Source: Chrysochromulina tobinii (taxonomy: Eukaryota). Taken from it: DNA of 55,807 nucleotides. The stretch spans positions 1 through 55,807 of the forward strand of contig JWZX01002641.1 of NCBI GenBank assembly GCA_001275005.1, in the 5' to 3' direction. Below are positions 53,344 through 55,807 of this stretch, piece by piece. The position numbers and the translations under genes are program-made. The notes under the pieces are model-generated. The model had not been told where the DNA came from, did not search any database, and saw only the letters and a list, made by a program, of their open reading frames with translations. Within the stretch, counting starts at the first letter, position 1; each line of letters starts with the position of its first letter.

Positions 53344-55807
53344 ATGACACCGGAAGACTCTTCAGATGGAGCTAACGTGACCGCTCCCCCCACCCCCCCC
53401 CCCGCTCCTCGCTGCTCTGGCAGGGAGGACGATGATCCCGATGCTGTAGAGGACGATTACGAGGAGGAGGAGGAGTACGAGGAGCCGGAGCCGAGCCGCG
53501 CGCCCGCTGCCCGTACCAAGAAGGTTGTCGCGCCCAAGCCTGCCAACCCCACGCCGGCGCGCGGCAGCAAGTCCGGCAGCAGCGGCGGTGGCATACAGGC
53601 TGCGACGGAGGCGGCGGCGGCGGCCACGCAGCCGCCACCGGCCAAAAACAAGCGCATGCGCGAGTCGTCCTACGCCGCCACCGACGACGAGGAGGTGGAG
53701 GGTGCCCGCGTGCCGGCAGCGACAACGAGCGGCCGTGCGCCAGCGGCGGCGGAGGACGACTCGCTGAAACCGCGCTCGCTGTACGAGTGCATCGAGCTCG
53801 CGAGCGAGGGGAGCGAGCACGCGAGCGCGATCCTGAACATCTCGGTCGACGGCTGGATCGAGGTGTACACGTCCGACAAGGGGGCGGGCATCGTCGAATG
53901 GTTTGACATGGCGGTGCAGGCGGCTGGGACGGAGCTGACGAAGGCTTTCAAGCACGGGCTGTGGAAGCTGATGGAGACGTTGCTCGATAAGGTGAAGCAC
54001 GAGATCCTCTTCGACGAGGTCCTGATGCCGCGGCTGCTCGAGTGGTTCGAGATCTGCCGGAAGGAGGTGCATGCAAGCGCTCAGCACGGCGCTTAGCACG
54101 GCGTTCAGCACGGCACTCCGCCCCTCTCGCCTGCCGCAACTGAGAGCGCACGCTCATGCTCGCAGTGCAACCACCGTGGCATGCGCCACACCGCCGTCGA
54201 GTTTGCGATGGCGGCCTTCGAGCGGCTCGCGCACATCGCCAAGGAGCTGCGGAGCGCACGCCAGAATGCGGAGCGGTTGAGCATCGGCAAGCGGCGCAAG
54301 GATGCGAAGGGCCAGGTGCGTGCCCAACACGGCGCTCTCCGGTGCATGCCGGTGCATGCAAAGTGCTCACCACGGCGCCTGCGCGTGTGAGTGCATCCCA
54401 AAAGCTCACCACGGCGCCTGCCCTTCGCCCCCCCCAGGCGCTCGCGGCGAATGCGGAGCAGCTCGCTGCGCACGAGGAGGCCGTGCGCGACATGCTCTCG
54501 ACCATCTTCGATCAGGTGTGATCTCGTGCCCGGTGCCGCGGCACGCGTGCGCGCGCATGCAAGTGCTCACCACGGCGCCCCGTGCCCCCTCTCCCCACAG
54601 GTGATCTCGTACAGTTACCACGACACGCACGAGGACATCCGCGCCGCGTGCATCGCTTCGCTTGGGCGCGGTCTCCGCGTGCTCCCGTCCTTTTGTGACG
54701 ACAAGCACCTCAAGTACATGGGCTGGCAGCTGTCCGACATCCAGTCGGCCGCGGTGCGCTTCGCGTGTACATTGCACGCGAGTGCACACATTCAAGTGCT
54801 CACCACAGCGCCACCTCTCCCCGTGCACCCCGCAGGTGCGCCTCGCGTCGTTGCAGGCGCTCGGGCACGTATACAAGGCCTTTGACGAGATCAAGGATCT
54901 GACGCCCGTTGGCCACTTCACCGTACTTCGCTTCGAGTCACGGCTGCTCTCGCTGATCAAGGACGTCGATGACGATGTCGCTGTCGAGGCCATCCGTCTC
55001 GTGACCCGGCTGCAGGCATGTCATCAACCCTGAATACATCGGATTGCGCCTGTCGGCACCTGAACCACCTGTCAAGGCGATTGCAGGAGCTCGGCCTCCT
55101 CAAGTCCTTTTGATTGCATCTGATTGCCCCTTAATTGCCTCTGAGTGCACTCGGATCACACAGGAGCTCGGCCTCCTCAAGTCCTTCGCGTCGACGAAGC
55201 GGGCGGCGCTGCATCTCTTGTGCCAGCGCGACGTACAGCCGAAGCTCTGGACGGCCCTCGGACCCCTCATCCAGCTCCACCTCAAGGTACGTTGATTGCC
55301 TGCGGAGGACCTGCCTTGCATGCAAGTGCTCACCACAGCGCTCTCACCTCCCCACCCCACCTCAAGGACGACTCGCCCACGGCAACCGAGGGCGGCGCCG
55401 AGGCTGGTGCAAGCGGCAGCGCGGCAGCGGCAGGTGGTGGCGGCGCGATGGCGGACGACGATGAGGGCGGCGGCGGCGGCGGCGGCGGGGGCCCGACCTC
55501 GCCAAGTAAAGCGCAGCGGCAGCACCTCGCCGCCGGCTCCGTCACCCGGCTCGCCAAGTCCCCCCTCGTGCAGCTCGCATCGCTCCTACTCGCCGCTCGG
55601 CAGGTAGCTCTGACGGTCTCTGATTGCATGCTGATTGCTCCCTCATTAGTGCAGCTCGCGTCGCTCCTACTCGCCGATCGGCAGGCGCACCAAATTCGGG
55701 TCGTGGACTCGGAGGAGGCGGAGCCGGCGCTGGCGGACGAGGAGAAGGAGGCGAAGGAGGAGGCGGAGCTGGGTGTGCGCTGTGGGCAGTTGGTGCGCGC
55801 GATGGCG
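53344..55807 (+). CDS. SCC3: Cohesin subunit SCC3/STAG (3' part runs out of the window)
   Basis: Exons 53344-54066, 54166-54315, 54438-54515, 54601-54753, 54836-55015, 55164-55286, 55367-55603, 55685-end, all phase 0. VDGWIEVY, RGMRHTA, YHDTHEDIRAACIASLG, LKYMGWQLSD, VRLASLQAL, DVDDDVAVEAI. Confidence 0.9.
54068..55341 (+). repeat. Dispersed intronic motif tgcatgcaagtgctcaccac(g/a)gcgc (6 copies)
   Basis: Copies near 54068, 54353, 54392, 54555, 54793 and 55317, all within SCC3 introns. Confidence 0.85.

Overview
GC-rich, gene-dense eukaryotic DNA. A haptophyte alga (Chrysochromulina/Prymnesiales-like) is inferred from minisatellite-filled GT/GC-AG introns and bipartite plastid presequences. 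About 20 genes are present: a PhyH-like dioxygenase, a Cys-less pentameric channel head-to-head with a CNBD cation channel, a large alkaline-phosphatase-superfamily membrane protein, plastid TPI, a PHO80-type cyclin, FKBP, class II HDAC, a HECT E3, a histidine phosphatase, SMC2, a two-pore K+ channel, a RING-H2 protein and SCC3/STAG. Top finding 1: a ~3430-aa gene (20355-31102) joins a CHD-type double-chromo/SNF2 remodeller, a BET-like bromodomain and an ATAD5/Elg1-like PCNA-unloader AAA+ domain, with a PIP-like motif. Top finding 2: at least seven introns carry 10-36 bp copies of their own flanking exon, and six copies of one shared motif occur in five SCC3 introns, suggesting recent duplication- or introner-driven intron gain. 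Also notable: the CNBD channel has lost its GYG filter, and five single frameshifts are probably assembly indels. All family calls come from motifs recognised by eye, with no database searches.
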